Shown here: piece by piece, positions 9,750-19,005 of the stretch
How the letters are laid out: every line of letters begins with the position of its first letter
How positions within the stretch are numbered: position 1 is the first letter of the stretch
The notes under the pieces: model-generated
Databases searched by the model: none
What the model saw: the letters and a program-made list of their open reading frames with translations, nothing else
Told to the model about the DNA's origin: nothing
Translations under genes and position numbers: made by a program
IMG/VR virus record: IMGVR_UViG_3300027851_000013
Source of the DNA: an uncultured virus (IMG/VR IMGVR_UViG_3300027851_000013)
Lineage: Duplodnaviria > Heunggongvirae > Uroviricota > Caudoviricetes
DNA: 54,674 nucleotides
Direction: 5' to 3' (one strand)

Positions 9750-9851
9750 CTCCGCCTCTACAAGAGTTTGTCGATTTGTTAGACGAAATGGAGGACTCCA
9801 TGACTCTAACAGAATTCGAGCTGGAGCTGGGACTTTACTCAGAGACGAAAA

Positions 9852-10226
9852 ATGACAGTAGAAGCGGAGTACTTTCGGAAGCACGCCACAGTTCTTGTTC
9901 TGCGCAAGACAAACCACAAGCTACCTAATCCATCGCAAGAGATTCGGATGGAAAAGAGGTCCTCAGATCTGTGGGCCATTTTCTATTACGGAGTCATGAT
10001 CAACAGAGTGGGAAATTCCGAGTGGGACTATCTTCCGTCTTCTCGCGATGAAGACCATCTTAGCCTGTCTCGTTTTACTATCGAGGAAGCTAAGGAAATA
10101 GGAGACCTATGGCTTCTCGGTTCTCCTTCTTTTCTGGACGAGTGGACAGAGATGGTGAAAGAGTCCGTTCTTAAAGTTACAGGAGGAAAGCGTCTCGTCC
10201 TCCCCAAGACGGAAGATACTGTATAG
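9852..10226 (+). CDS. hypothetical protein, paralog of C-terminal half of 29733..30347
   Basis: Shared LPxPxQEIRME..WA.FY.G..DYLPS.R..RF..EA. Confidence 0.7.
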   Translation: MTVEAEYFRKHATVLVLRKTNHKLPNPSQEIRMEKRSSDLWAIFYYGVMINRVGNSEWDYLPSSRDEDHLSLSRFTIEEAKEIGDLWLLGSPSFLDEWTEMVKESVLKVTGGKRLVLPKTEDTV

Positions 10227-10249
10227 GTTATGTACTGAGTAAGGAAATC

Positions 10250-10753
10250 ATGTTGGTAACCATATTCACAGACGGTTCCTACAACCATCACAATGAAACA
10301 GGCGGATGGGCTGCCTATGTGGATACCGACAAGGGTCGTCTGGTACATTATGGTGCGTGTCCCGATTTTGTTTCCTGCTCCAACCATGCAGAGATCTTTG
10401 CTATCTACATGGGAATCTCTCTTGCTATCCGAGAGTGGGGAGAAGAGATTCACGCCTTTCGAATACGATCAGACTCGGAGTGCGCTCTTCGTCACGTAAA
10501 GAAGGGCCCTCTCCGGTCTAGAGTAAGAGATCGTGAGATGCTGAAGGTTAGGTCGTGGATTCACGACCTTTTTCGTAAGTGCGGAGCCCAGGTCATCACT
10601 GAGCATGTAAAGGGTCATCAGGACCCGTCCCTTAGTCATGACTTTGCTATGAACAACAAGGTGGACCGTATGGCCTCTCTTGGTAGAAAGGCAGTCAAAG
10701 GAGCTGGCTACCTCAAGGTCTCGGAGGCCATGGAGATAGGCCAAGAAGAATGA
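10250..10753 (+). CDS. rnhA: ribonuclease HI-like protein
   Basis: FTDGS, NHAEIFA, SDSE, HVKGHQ, NNKVDRMA give the D-E-D-D tetrad. Confidence 0.88.
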   Translation: MLVTIFTDGSYNHHNETGGWAAYVDTDKGRLVHYGACPDFVSCSNHAEIFAIYMGISLAIREWGEEIHAFRIRSDSECALRHVKKGPLRSRVRDREMLKVRSWIHDLFRKCGAQVITEHVKGHQDPSLSHDFAMNNKVDRMASLGRKAVKGAGYLKVSEAMEIGQEE

Positions 10754-11505
10754 GTACCTGCTATGTGCAGTGTCATGGAAACGACTGGCTGAACGATACC
10801 TGTTACTCTGTAGCTAAGGGTCTATTTCTTAGAAAGCATGAAGTAATAGGGTTTCGTATTGACCAGTTAAAAGACCTTCCTCTTACCAAGAACACCGTAG
10901 TCTTTGGGGAGGCAAAAGCCGTTCGTGAGGCTCTTAAGTTGATAGGTGCTCGTCTTCCCTATCCTGAGAGTTATCCTAATCCGCTTCGACGTTACATGGA
11001 TCGATCTCCCTCGGAGCCGTTTCTATCTGACATCCGAGCAGAACTGCACGCACCTGGGTTCCGACCTGTGTTTGTAAAGCCTAGTAGGGACCCTGGGTTG
11101 TTCGAGGGTCGAGTCATCTCCATGATGGACGATTTTCTTCCCCTGGCCCACTTGCCCCCTAAGACTCTGGTTTGGAGAATACCTGCGATATCTTTTGTTT
11201 CTGAGTTTCGAGTTTTTGTTCATCATGGAGATATCGTAGGAGTCAAGCATTATGCAGGAGACCCACTTGTGTTTCCTGACCCGCCGACAGTAAAAAGGGT
11301 GGTCACAGCCTCCAAGAGTCTTGGTTACGTTTCATACGGAATTGACATAGGCGTAGCCATTTTTCCGGAACGTCCAGAACTTGTGCGCACTCCCACCTTG
11401 GTAGTGAAATTCAACGACTCTCATTCTCTCGAATCTTACGGACTAGACCCTTACGTCTTCGCCTCTATGGTGGAAGACAGATGGAATCAAATGGTAGGCT
11501 TATGA
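10750..11505 (+). CDS. ATP-grasp domain protein (DUF4343/R2K-like)
   Basis: VFVKP, SEFRVFV..G.IVG, IDIG, FND..SL..YG. Confidence 0.75.
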   Translation: MSTCYVQCHGNDWLNDTCYSVAKGLFLRKHEVIGFRIDQLKDLPLTKNTVVFGEAKAVREALKLIGARLPYPESYPNPLRRYMDRSPSEPFLSDIRAELHAPGFRPVFVKPSRDPGLFEGRVISMMDDFLPLAHLPPKTLVWRIPAISFVSEFRVFVHHGDIVGVKHYAGDPLVFPDPPTVKRVVTASKSLGYVSYGIDIGVAIFPERPELVRTPTLVVKFNDSHSLESYGLDPYVFASMVEDRWNQMVGL

Positions 11506-11840
11506 ACGAAGTTAGGACCTCCATGACTACAGCCAATGACTTGTTGCTCGATGACTTCCGCGGCAAAGCTGTGGTTGTATCCTCACGCTTTTCCACGGAC
11601 AGGATAGAGCAAATCAGGGAAGACATCCGACATCACGCAATTCAGCAGGATGATGGAACCTACCTAGTTTTGGGGTTCGCTCTTGGACGAGTGGTGGACC
11701 AGTCTGTACATGGATTTTACTGGGTGGAGTTTGACTGGAGTCCCTCTCCGGTAATTGTCCGTAAGGACATTATACTCAGGTTTCTTCTTGATGATGAGCC
11801 AGAGCCCGATACCTGGGATAATTTGCCTAGGCTCATGTGA
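11502..11840 (+). CDS. hypothetical protein
   Basis: ATGA overlap. Confidence 0.6.
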   Translation: MNEVRTSMTTANDLLLDDFRGKAVVVSSRFSTDRIEQIREDIRHHAIQQDDGTYLVLGFALGRVVDQSVHGFYWVEFDWSPSPVIVRKDIILRFLLDDEPEPDTWDNLPRLM

Positions 11841-12676
11841 TGCGATCCAGGGTAAACGACCACATTCTATTCTATTCTACCAAGGGTCCATACGGTTGTT
11901 TCTCTAACTTCTCCACTCACTCCATCCTGGTGAAGGGAAAGAGATACAAGACGTGTGAACACTTCTACCAGTCTTCTAAGTTCAACCCCACAGACCTTCT
12001 CTACGCCCATAAGATTGCCAGCGCTAAGACTCCTAAGGAGGCTGCCTTGCTGGGAAGGGATAAAAAGAGAAAGCTCTTACGTCCAGACTGGGAAGAAGTA
12101 AAGCTAGATGTGATGAGATCGGCTCTGCGGCATAAGGTAGAGCAACATGAAGACGTCAAGCATACTCTTCTTAGAACCGAATACAGGAAAATCATAGAAG
12201 ACTCTCCTCACGATTCTTTTTGGGGCTGGGGACCTGATCAGAAAGGGGAGAACTGGCTTGGAAGATTGTGGATGGAGATCCGTGCCGAACTGAGGGGAGA
12301 AACAGAGGAGACCGAGGAAGAATTCCTTGACGCATTTTTCTCTGATAGAACTCCCAAGAGTCTCATTCCTCGTGTGTGGAATAAGAGGAGTGGGCACCCT
12401 CAACCGCCTAAAGGCATTCCCTCTGTCTACGTAGGACGTCCCTCCAAATGGGGAAATCCGTTCAAGCTAGACCGTGAAGAAGATAGAGAGGAAGTTCTGA
12501 GACAGTATGAGGAGTGGCTCCTCTCTCAGCCTCGTCTGGTGCGAGCAGTGAAACGAGAACTCAAGGGAAAGCACCTAATTTGTTGGTGTGCTCCGAAAAT
12601 CTGCCATGCCGATGTACTTTTAAGAGTAGCGAACGAAGAGGACCACATGCAGTCTGACATGAAAAACGAAGACTGA
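11837..12676 (+). CDS. NADAR (YbiA-like) domain fused to DUF4326 domain
   Basis: FSNF, EHFYQSSKF, RPDWEEVK, IEDSPHDSFWG, GENWLGRLWMEIR; then VYVGRPSKWGNPF and LKGKHLICWCAPKICHADVL. Confidence 0.9.
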   Translation: MMRSRVNDHILFYSTKGPYGCFSNFSTHSILVKGKRYKTCEHFYQSSKFNPTDLLYAHKIASAKTPKEAALLGRDKKRKLLRPDWEEVKLDVMRSALRHKVEQHEDVKHTLLRTEYRKIIEDSPHDSFWGWGPDQKGENWLGRLWMEIRAELRGETEETEEEFLDAFFSDRTPKSLIPRVWNKRSGHPQPPKGIPSVYVGRPSKWGNPFKLDREEDREEVLRQYEEWLLSQPRLVRAVKRELKGKHLICWCAPKICHADVLLRVANEEDHMQSDMKNED

Positions 12677-12688
12677 AGGAGATCAGGT

Positions 12689-13096
12689 ATGCCGTGCAGT
12701 TATTACCTTCCAGGCGAGAGAGAAGCCATTGATCGGGCCGAGGCAGAAGCCAAACTGAAGGAGTGCAAAGATCAGTTAGACAGGGCTACTGCTTTGCTGT
12801 GCGACATCTCCAACATACCCGAAGTTGCGTCTATAGTGAGAAGTAGACTTCCTGCTTTTTCTGGCTGGGAATCTGCCCATAGACGTATGGATGAGGAGAG
12901 ATTGGCAGCAGAGGACGCCAAGAAGAGAAAGGAAGACCAGGCTAACCTGAAATTGGTGGAGCCGCTGGTGAAAAGGCAGCAGGCGCTCAAAAAGCTTAGC
13001 TCTGATGAGGCTAAGGCTCTTGGTGTACGAAAGCTGACACCGGAGGAATTGAAGCTAATCAAGAAGTACAAGCACCTTCTTCCCAAGAAGGTCTGA
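12689..13096 (+). CDS. hypothetical protein
   Basis: AAGGAG RBS; MPC start; coiled coil. Confidence 0.7.
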   Translation: MPCSYYLPGEREAIDRAEAEAKLKECKDQLDRATALLCDISNIPEVASIVRSRLPAFSGWESAHRRMDEERLAAEDAKKRKEDQANLKLVEPLVKRQQALKKLSSDEAKALGVRKLTPEELKLIKKYKHLLPKKV

Positions 13097-13100
13097 TGTT

Positions 13101-13916
13101 ATGTGGGGCCGAATCGTCAAGTTCGCCAGAGAATCTCTTCTTCCGTCCTTCTCTGGGTCTCTACTGTCCATCCCTGACAAAAGTGGAGTAGGCTACCTGG
13201 CTCGATTGGAGTGGTGGCGCAATGAAGTTCCTGAACTTGGGTTTGTTATTCGTGTACCTTCTACACACCGAGAGGCCATACTGGAGGCTTACTTCTTGTG
13301 GGTGGGGGCTCACCTGTGGGCAGCCAAGGTAAACCCTTCCGTACACAAGCTTCTTAGAAAGATGGTGGGAGTACCTGACTACGCCTTGGGCCTAGCTTCT
13401 ACTCCGTTCGATGATTACGAGGCTTCCGTTCGTGTCTCCCGCATAGAGGGAGACCCCTTTGTGCTCTTATGGAAGTGGGGTCAGCCTGTCTATGAGAAAC
13501 AGAGTGACGAGCTACCCCATCACTTTAGCTGGTCATTTTCTGACTGGTACACCAAGTACCAAGGAGAAGAGGAGCTTCATTACCGGGATGTGGTCATACA
13601 CCTTCCAGAAGGTCCCTATTACTGGACGCAAACGACCTACTCTCATGTGTGGAAGACCCGTCTTGGTTTTGTTGGCAGAACGTTTGAGGTAGTTCTTGAC
13701 GCCGAGCAGGGAGAAGAGATACCTGTTCCTAGTACAAGCAAGGACCCATTGCTGAGTGAGCCTTCTTTCATTCACACACACTCTGTGGATTTCGACACAG
13801 AGGAGGTGTACCCTGCAACGATCTATTCCTTGCTAGGAAAGGTTCTGTACATGAGGGGAGCAGCACCCGCGTATACCGGTGCAGGTAAATATTCCAAACC
13901 TATGAATCAAGCGTGA
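13101..13916 (+). CDS. hypothetical protein
   Basis: 271-aa ORF in tiling. Confidence 0.7.
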   Translation: MWGRIVKFARESLLPSFSGSLLSIPDKSGVGYLARLEWWRNEVPELGFVIRVPSTHREAILEAYFLWVGAHLWAAKVNPSVHKLLRKMVGVPDYALGLASTPFDDYEASVRVSRIEGDPFVLLWKWGQPVYEKQSDELPHHFSWSFSDWYTKYQGEEELHYRDVVIHLPEGPYYWTQTTYSHVWKTRLGFVGRTFEVVLDAEQGEEIPVPSTSKDPLLSEPSFIHTHSVDFDTEEVYPATIYSLLGKVLYMRGAAPAYTGAGKYSKPMNQA

Positions 13917-14392
13917 CCACGATGATGAAAACTTACGAAGTATCTTCTGAGCCTTATGAAGAATGCGTGGAGTGGAGTGACGGCCATCCCCGATATGAAA
14001 CAACCGCATTCTACGAGATCATAGAAGCAGAGAGTAGAAGTAAGGCGAGGTACAAGGCATTGAAGAAATTGGGTATATCTGACTTTAGAGATGCCCCTAA
14101 GCTTTCTGTTCGCTTGTACAAAGAAGACGCAAGTGAACACATAGAAGAAGAGCACGGCGAAGAAGATCTAGATGCTGCGCAACGCTTCTTTCGTCGGTGG
14201 AATGAACTGGAGGATTCCCGACCCAGAACAATACATAGTTTGTTGGAAGAAGAGGTGAGAAATCTTACCAATGAACTTGCGACGTATAAGCACAAGGCAA
14301 GTTACTACGAACACAAATATCTCTCTTTGTCTTCGAGGCTGACAAAATTGATTCCTTATCGTATGGTAAGAGAAATGCTTGGGCTGGCATGA
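13913..14392 (+). CDS. hypothetical protein
   Basis: GTGA overlap; AESRSKARY motif. Confidence 0.65.
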   Translation: MTTMMKTYEVSSEPYEECVEWSDGHPRYETTAFYEIIEAESRSKARYKALKKLGISDFRDAPKLSVRLYKEDASEHIEEEHGEEDLDAAQRFFRRWNELEDSRPRTIHSLLEEEVRNLTNELATYKHKASYYEHKYLSLSSRLTKLIPYRMVREMLGLA

Positions 14393-14928
14393 GACAAGCA
14401 TCTTGTGTTGTGGTTGTAGACAAGAATAGTGGATATGTCTTGTCCATATCTAGAAAAGACAACGCGAATGATCTTGGTCTTCCCGGAGGAAAGCTAGACG
14501 AAGGGGAGACTCCTGAACACGCGTGCGTTCGAGAAGTTGAAGAAGAAACTGGACTTTTAGTAAAAGACCTCGTCCTGCTATACCAAGGGGTGTGCCTTTC
14601 TCCTCAGGGCGAGCCTTTTTGGACCTACTGCTTTTTGGCTCTTCGTCATTCAAACGAATTAGTACAGAAGGAGGGGGAAGGAATCATTCAGTGGGTTCCT
14701 TGGACACGTCTTCTTCATACATCTATGACGTTCGCAGAGTACAACTCACAGGTTTACTCTCAATACCGCAAGTACAAAGAAGAGCAAATTCAATCATATT
14801 GGACCCAAGCTTCTATTGAGTGGAGGCAGGCGAAAGAGATGGCCTCCTACGGGAAGCGTGGCATGTCGAGGATGCACGATAACATCGCACGCACCCTACG
14901 AGAACTTTTGAACGCATGGAGATACTAA
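14389..14928 (+). CDS. Nudix hydrolase
   Basis: Nudix box GGKLDEGETPEHACVREVEEETGL. Confidence 0.92.
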   Translation: MRQASCVVVVDKNSGYVLSISRKDNANDLGLPGGKLDEGETPEHACVREVEEETGLLVKDLVLLYQGVCLSPQGEPFWTYCFLALRHSNELVQKEGEGIIQWVPWTRLLHTSMTFAEYNSQVYSQYRKYKEEQIQSYWTQASIEWRQAKEMASYGKRGMSRMHDNIARTLRELLNAWRY

Positions 14929-14964
14929 GCAGGGGAAATTCCTGACGCCTTACTCTTATCTAGA

Positions 14965-15303
14965 GTGGTGAAACGTTTCGCTCCAGACCTTGACGACTTG
15001 CCTACTCTGGAGATTCCCGATCTCAGAAGAAAAGCTCAATCTTTACTACACCTTCTTGTCTCTGCTGACATTACCCCAGAAGAGTACGTAGAGAAGTTGG
15101 ACATCATTCAGGGTGTGCTCAAAGAGGTGTATCAAGAAGCGGTGACTTTGGCCTCAATACAGCATGAGTGGAAATATTCTGGCATAAAAGAAAAGATGGA
15201 ACGAGCCACTCAACGTCCTCCGCCAGATCCTGCTCCCGATGAAACAATTACGGTACAGGACTTAGATATAGACTGGAGTGACTTTGACGACATAAAGGAT
15301 TAG
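14965..15303 (+). CDS. hypothetical protein
   Basis: ORF in tiling; acidic tail. Confidence 0.6.
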   Translation: MVKRFAPDLDDLPTLEIPDLRRKAQSLLHLLVSADITPEEYVEKLDIIQGVLKEVYQEAVTLASIQHEWKYSGIKEKMERATQRPPPDPAPDETITVQDLDIDWSDFDDIKD

Positions 15304-15305
15304 TT

Positions 15306-15857
15306 ATGGCAGAGCCAGATAACAAGATTATCCCCCTTCTAGAGTTCATGGTTAAAAGGGGCATGATAGACGCACAGGACGGCGCTGCCCTCGTGTTCTG
15401 GGCGATGAAGGGAAAATCACCCTCACCAGAGTCCATTTTGAAATACGTTGACAACGGAACACTTGAGTTTGTGGAGACAAAGGGTCCTCAAGATTTTTCT
15501 TGGTTGGCTGAGCTGCTGACAAGCGGAGACCTAGAGCTGGCTACTCTAGCGAAAGACCAAGATCAATTGCTTTCCATGGTGAACGTGAAGCTGCTTGCTA
15601 AGATATTCTTGGAGGCAGAATCCGACATCGATCCCAGCGCCTCATTCCCCGAAAACCAAAGGGACCACATTGAGTCGCTAAAGTCGATGTCCCAAGAAGA
15701 ATTGGCGCTTCGTGCCTTGGATGAGATTTATGATCCTGACGTTCTTCTGTCCACAGTAAATTTGTCTCAGGTGTACAAGGTAGGTCTTTCTCGAAATATA
15801 TTCACCGCGCCCTTGTCTTTTGCTGGTAAGACCTGGATTGCGGTGAGAAAGTCGTAG
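15306..15857 (+). CDS. hypothetical protein
   Basis: AAGGA RBS. Confidence 0.7.
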   Translation: MAEPDNKIIPLLEFMVKRGMIDAQDGAALVFWAMKGKSPSPESILKYVDNGTLEFVETKGPQDFSWLAELLTSGDLELATLAKDQDQLLSMVNVKLLAKIFLEAESDIDPSASFPENQRDHIESLKSMSQEELALRALDEIYDPDVLLSTVNLSQVYKVGLSRNIFTAPLSFAGKTWIAVRKS

Positions 15858-15860
15858 GTT

Positions 15861-16127
15861 ATGGGCCACAAGCTTGACTGGTGGAAAGGTCTTTTGACAA
15901 TGTTCAAGAAGAACGAATCTTCCCCTCTCACTGAGGAGGAACAGTTTTCTAAGTACGTTGAAGAAACAGAGCACCAGATCAAAGTCCTCCGATCTACGGC
16001 TGACGTTCGTTGGGCAAGGGGAGACAAGAAAGGATCTGCCGAGCTTCATGACAAGGCAAGAGAACTGGGAAGGGAACTATTGAACGCTGTTCGCTCTCGC
16101 ATTAAGGGACAGAATAATGAAATCTAA
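15861..16127 (+). CDS. hypothetical protein
   Basis: Tiling. Confidence 0.6.
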   Translation: MGHKLDWWKGLLTMFKKNESSPLTEEEQFSKYVEETEHQIKVLRSTADVRWARGDKKGSAELHDKARELGRELLNAVRSRIKGQNNEI

Positions 16128-16299
16128 GATAAAGCTGCGCCACGTAAAGAACCCTCCGTCTTTTAACACGGAGGGTTCTTTGTCAGGTGCCGTGGCCTCT
16201 TTGGTGAGGTTCTTCAGTACTTCACTCGTCCGTGTGTCCTTGTCTAAGGAAAGTACACCAGAAGACCCTGTACATGTTGGAGAAAAGTCTGAAAAATAG
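16117..16299 (+). CDS. hypothetical protein
   Basis: Stop abuts convergent stop at 16300. Confidence 0.4.
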   Translation: MKSKIKLRHVKNPPSFNTEGSLSGAVASLVRFFSTSLVRVSLSKESTPEDPVHVGEKSEK

Positions 16300-16923
16300 C
16301 TACTTGGAAGCACTTCTTTTTCTTTCTCTGTACCTCTTGTTTCTTTCTCTTGACTTCTCTCTTTCCCTTTCTCTCTGCCCCTCGCTCATTTTATTTCTCC
16401 AATTTCTCTTGTATGTAGAGTCCCTCTCAATTTCATCCTTAGTTCTAGACATTCTCCTACTTCGTGCGTCCTCGTTTACACATGTCTTACACAACTTGCC
16501 CGCAGTTTTTTCATGTCCCCTGTAACAGGTAGAAAATAATATATCTTTGTCCTCCACCTTATGAGGAACAATCCCTGCACTGGCTTCTGCGTACACTGAG
16601 GCTCTTTCCAGCCAAGCCTTGTCGTCTATCCCTGCAAGCAGAGTATTACATCTTCTACATAATAGTCCACGAATAACGCCATCATCATGTCTGTGGTCTA
16701 TCATAGTAGGCTCTCTGTCACACAACGCACACGTTCCTTTTTGTTTTTGTAGAAGATCCTCCCACTGCTTTACGCCTATCCCATAAGTAACAGCACGCGC
16801 CCTCCATCCTGAAGTCGGTACACATTCACAACACCATTTATGGTTTGCCGCTCTAGGAGAAAATTCTGTATCGCACAAATGGCACACCCTTTTTTCGTGG
16901 AAGTTGTGCTTTCCGCCACTCAT
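16300..16923 (-). CDS. endonuclease VII-like (HNH/beta-beta-alpha) nuclease, possible homing endonuclease
   Basis: YGI..WEDLLQKQKGTCALC..IDHRH..G.IRGLLCRRCN; TGATG coupling to amidase stop gives start 16923. Confidence 0.85.
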   Translation of the reverse strand: MSGGKHNFHEKRVCHLCDTEFSPRAANHKWCCECVPTSGWRARAVTYGIGVKQWEDLLQKQKGTCALCDREPTMIDHRHDDGVIRGLLCRRCNTLLAGIDDKAWLERASVYAEASAGIVPHKVEDKDILFSTCYRGHEKTAGKLCKTCVNEDARSRRMSRTKDEIERDSTYKRNWRNKMSEGQREREREKSRERNKRYRERKRSASK

Positions 16924-17636
16924 CAGTACCCTCCAACTCCATTGGGGTCCCACTGAATCGGTAGAGGTTTTCCATCGCGACGCGTCTCCTGCGGGCGAGT
17001 CTTCAGACCAAGAACCGGAACCGCGTAATCAATGACTACGGCCTTCCACAGGGCCTCTCCTGGGTCGGACGGCTTGTCTCCATTTGTTTGCCTGTGTGCG
17101 TACGCCCATTCAATTGGCGCACCCATGGCCCTAGCTTCCTCCACCACTCTTTTTGTCAGGTCTCGGTAGCATTTAATAGCTACCTCTGTCAATGGGGTGG
17201 GTTCCTGTCTTTTCCAGGTAGTACGAATATCTTCACGTACCGGCGTTGTTGGGTCATCTAGTATGCCACTAAAGTGACCCTCAAATTCCAGTCCTAGTGT
17301 GTCTTCGTTGAACTCATTTCCGTGATACACATACCAGGATAGTGGACAAGGTAGAACAGCCGTTCCATCCAGGAACCCTACTCCATGACACGGAATACTG
17401 AGGGCTCGCCTGTACTTAGAGTCAGGATCCTTCTTGTTAGGAGTTCCGAATACACAGGCTGTCTGATGGAAGCATATGCCTGTAATCAGGCTCATGTCTC
17501 TCTCAAACACCTTTCGGTTCTTTCCCTTTTTGCACAAGTTATAGGTTACTTTTTTTCCTCCTCGTTGTACTACCTTCGGAGGAATGGGGTTTTTCTGCTG
17601 ATTTCTCAGGTCGATGAATCTGGTCATGACCTTCAT
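16923..17636 (-). CDS. N-acetylmuramoyl-L-alanine amidase (Amidase_2-like, putative endolysin)
   Basis: ICFHQTA, YHGNEFNEDTLGLEFEG, AHRQ..KPSDPG: Zn ligands H/H/D and catalytic E pattern. Confidence 0.8.
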   Translation of the reverse strand: MKVMTRFIDLRNQQKNPIPPKVVQRGGKKVTYNLCKKGKNRKVFERDMSLITGICFHQTACVFGTPNKKDPDSKYRRALSIPCHGVGFLDGTAVLPCPLSWYVYHGNEFNEDTLGLEFEGHFSGILDDPTTPVREDIRTTWKRQEPTPLTEVAIKCYRDLTKRVVEEARAMGAPIEWAYAHRQTNGDKPSDPGEALWKAVVIDYAVPVLGLKTRPQETRRDGKPLPIQWDPNGVGGY

Positions 17637-17650
17637 ATAAGGAGTATATC

Positions 17651-18403
17651 ATGAGCGTTGAAAAGGCATTTTTAGTGGAGGAAGAGCCGGTGGACCTAGG
17701 CAGGGATTCCGGTAGAGATCCTCGTCCCAATAAAATGCTTGTGGCCAGTGTTGACGGAGATTTTAAAGTTCTTTACCTGCAAGGAAATGGACTAGCTGTA
17801 GCTGAGGAACTTGGAGGTATTCATAACTATATGGGTTCTCTTCCTCCTCCGGATGGGCTTCTCGTGTGGGAAGGAGAGTGGTCGTGGGAGGAAGACCCTG
17901 AAGAGAGCCTGCTGACAGGAACTTGGCGCCCAGTTACAAAAGAGGAGTGGGTGTCCTACCTGAAGGGAGAATATGTTTGGGATGTGTGGGAAAAAGAGGA
18001 GCACGTAAAGCTAGGTTCTGAAAATCTTGACAAAGTAGCAAGCGAAGCAACCTTCTTAGATGACCACCAAGAAGACAACTCTTCTGACTCAAGTTTGTAC
18101 TTGTATGCGGTGACTGTCATTGTTCCTGGAAGTTCCCTGTTGGAATGTGTGTGCACATCCTTTGAACGCGCAAAGGAAATAATCACCACCAACGAAGGGG
18201 ACCTGCAAGAACGCTGGGCCAGTTTTGCCATTATAGAAAAATTTCCTGCCAATTCTCTTTACTCTTTTCCATTTCAATTTTGGTACGTTTGGGTGGAAAA
18301 TGATTGGAAGAGCCAAAACGTGAAGCCTACCAAGTATGGGGATTTCAAGCCCATAAAGACTCCTGAGGAATTCCGGAGTGACATTGTGTCGTCCATCTTT
18401 TGA
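17651..18403 (+). CDS. hypothetical two-domain protein; N-half paralogous to 47389..47736
   Basis: AAGGAG RBS; RDPRPN..DG..VWEG.W..GTWR..T.EEW..YL..E.VW. Confidence 0.75.
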   Translation: MSVEKAFLVEEEPVDLGRDSGRDPRPNKMLVASVDGDFKVLYLQGNGLAVAEELGGIHNYMGSLPPPDGLLVWEGEWSWEEDPEESLLTGTWRPVTKEEWVSYLKGEYVWDVWEKEEHVKLGSENLDKVASEATFLDDHQEDNSSDSSLYLYAVTVIVPGSSLLECVCTSFERAKEIITTNEGDLQERWASFAIIEKFPANSLYSFPFQFWYVWVENDWKSQNVKPTKYGDFKPIKTPEEFRSDIVSSIF

Positions 18404-18415
18404 CCTGAGCATACG

Positions 18416-18616
18416 ATGAAAGAACAAAAAGACCCTAAGGTTCCGGTGACCATTCCTGCCGGAAAACCTCTTCAACCAGGTTTGGGCGGGCTGATTTATG
18501 CCTTTCAGATGTTGGCAGAGGCTGGCTATTCAAAGGAAGAGCAGCTCACTATCGTAGAGGACATCTGTAGCGGCAAAGAGGTTACGCTGATGGTTCCTGA
18601 ACATATGGTTGGATGA
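18416..18616 (+). CDS. hypothetical protein
   Basis: Tiling. Confidence 0.5.
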   Translation: MKEQKDPKVPVTIPAGKPLQPGLGGLIYAFQMLAEAGYSKEEQLTIVEDICSGKEVTLMVPEHMVG

Positions 18617-18631
18617 ACCCTGGCCATAGTA
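18616..18631 (+). promoter_or_regulatory. repeated motif copy 3
   Basis: AACCCTGGCCATAGTA followed by hairpin GCTGTC-GTGA-GACGGC. Confidence 0.7.
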
Positions 18632-18695
18632 ATAGACTTGCTGTCGTGAGACGGCCCTTACCTTCCTTTGACTTGTAAGCCAAGGAAAGAAGAAA

Positions 18696-18977
18696 ATGAA
18701 GGAAGACGCAGTACAAAATCCTTTACGTGATTTTGTGGACAAAATCACTCGCAGGGATTCAGATACGGTGGAGAAGGTTCTTCTACACATCTTGGACACC
18801 TCTCGACGAAGGTGGAACGAAAAAGCCTCTGACCTTCTTCATCAAATCAGGGATGCTAGGGGGATGGACCCTGAGACCCTGGAGTCGTTAAAGAAGGAGT
18901 ACAGGGACGCGTTCAACCACGTTCATCGCCTCTCTCAAATGCGCTATGGAGTGACCCGGCGCAAAATCCGTTCTTGA
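18696..18977 (+). CDS. hypothetical protein
   Basis: AAGGA RBS. Confidence 0.6.
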   Translation: MKEDAVQNPLRDFVDKITRRDSDTVEKVLLHILDTSRRRWNEKASDLLHQIRDARGMDPETLESLKKEYRDAFNHVHRLSQMRYGVTRRKIRS

Positions 18978-19005
18978 AGCAACAACTATCCAATAGGTAC
19001 TGACA

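Noticed and set aside
16300..16923. Group I intron around the endonuclease
   Set aside because: No non-coding flanks or split host gene; the amidase appears complete
18402..18416. Near-match GACCTGAGCATACGA
   Set aside because: Several mismatches to otherwise invariant positions and it abuts the start codon
18640..18655. GTCGTGAGAC resembling a 23S rRNA hairpin
   Set aside because: Only about 10 nt; explained as a GNRA tetraloop stem
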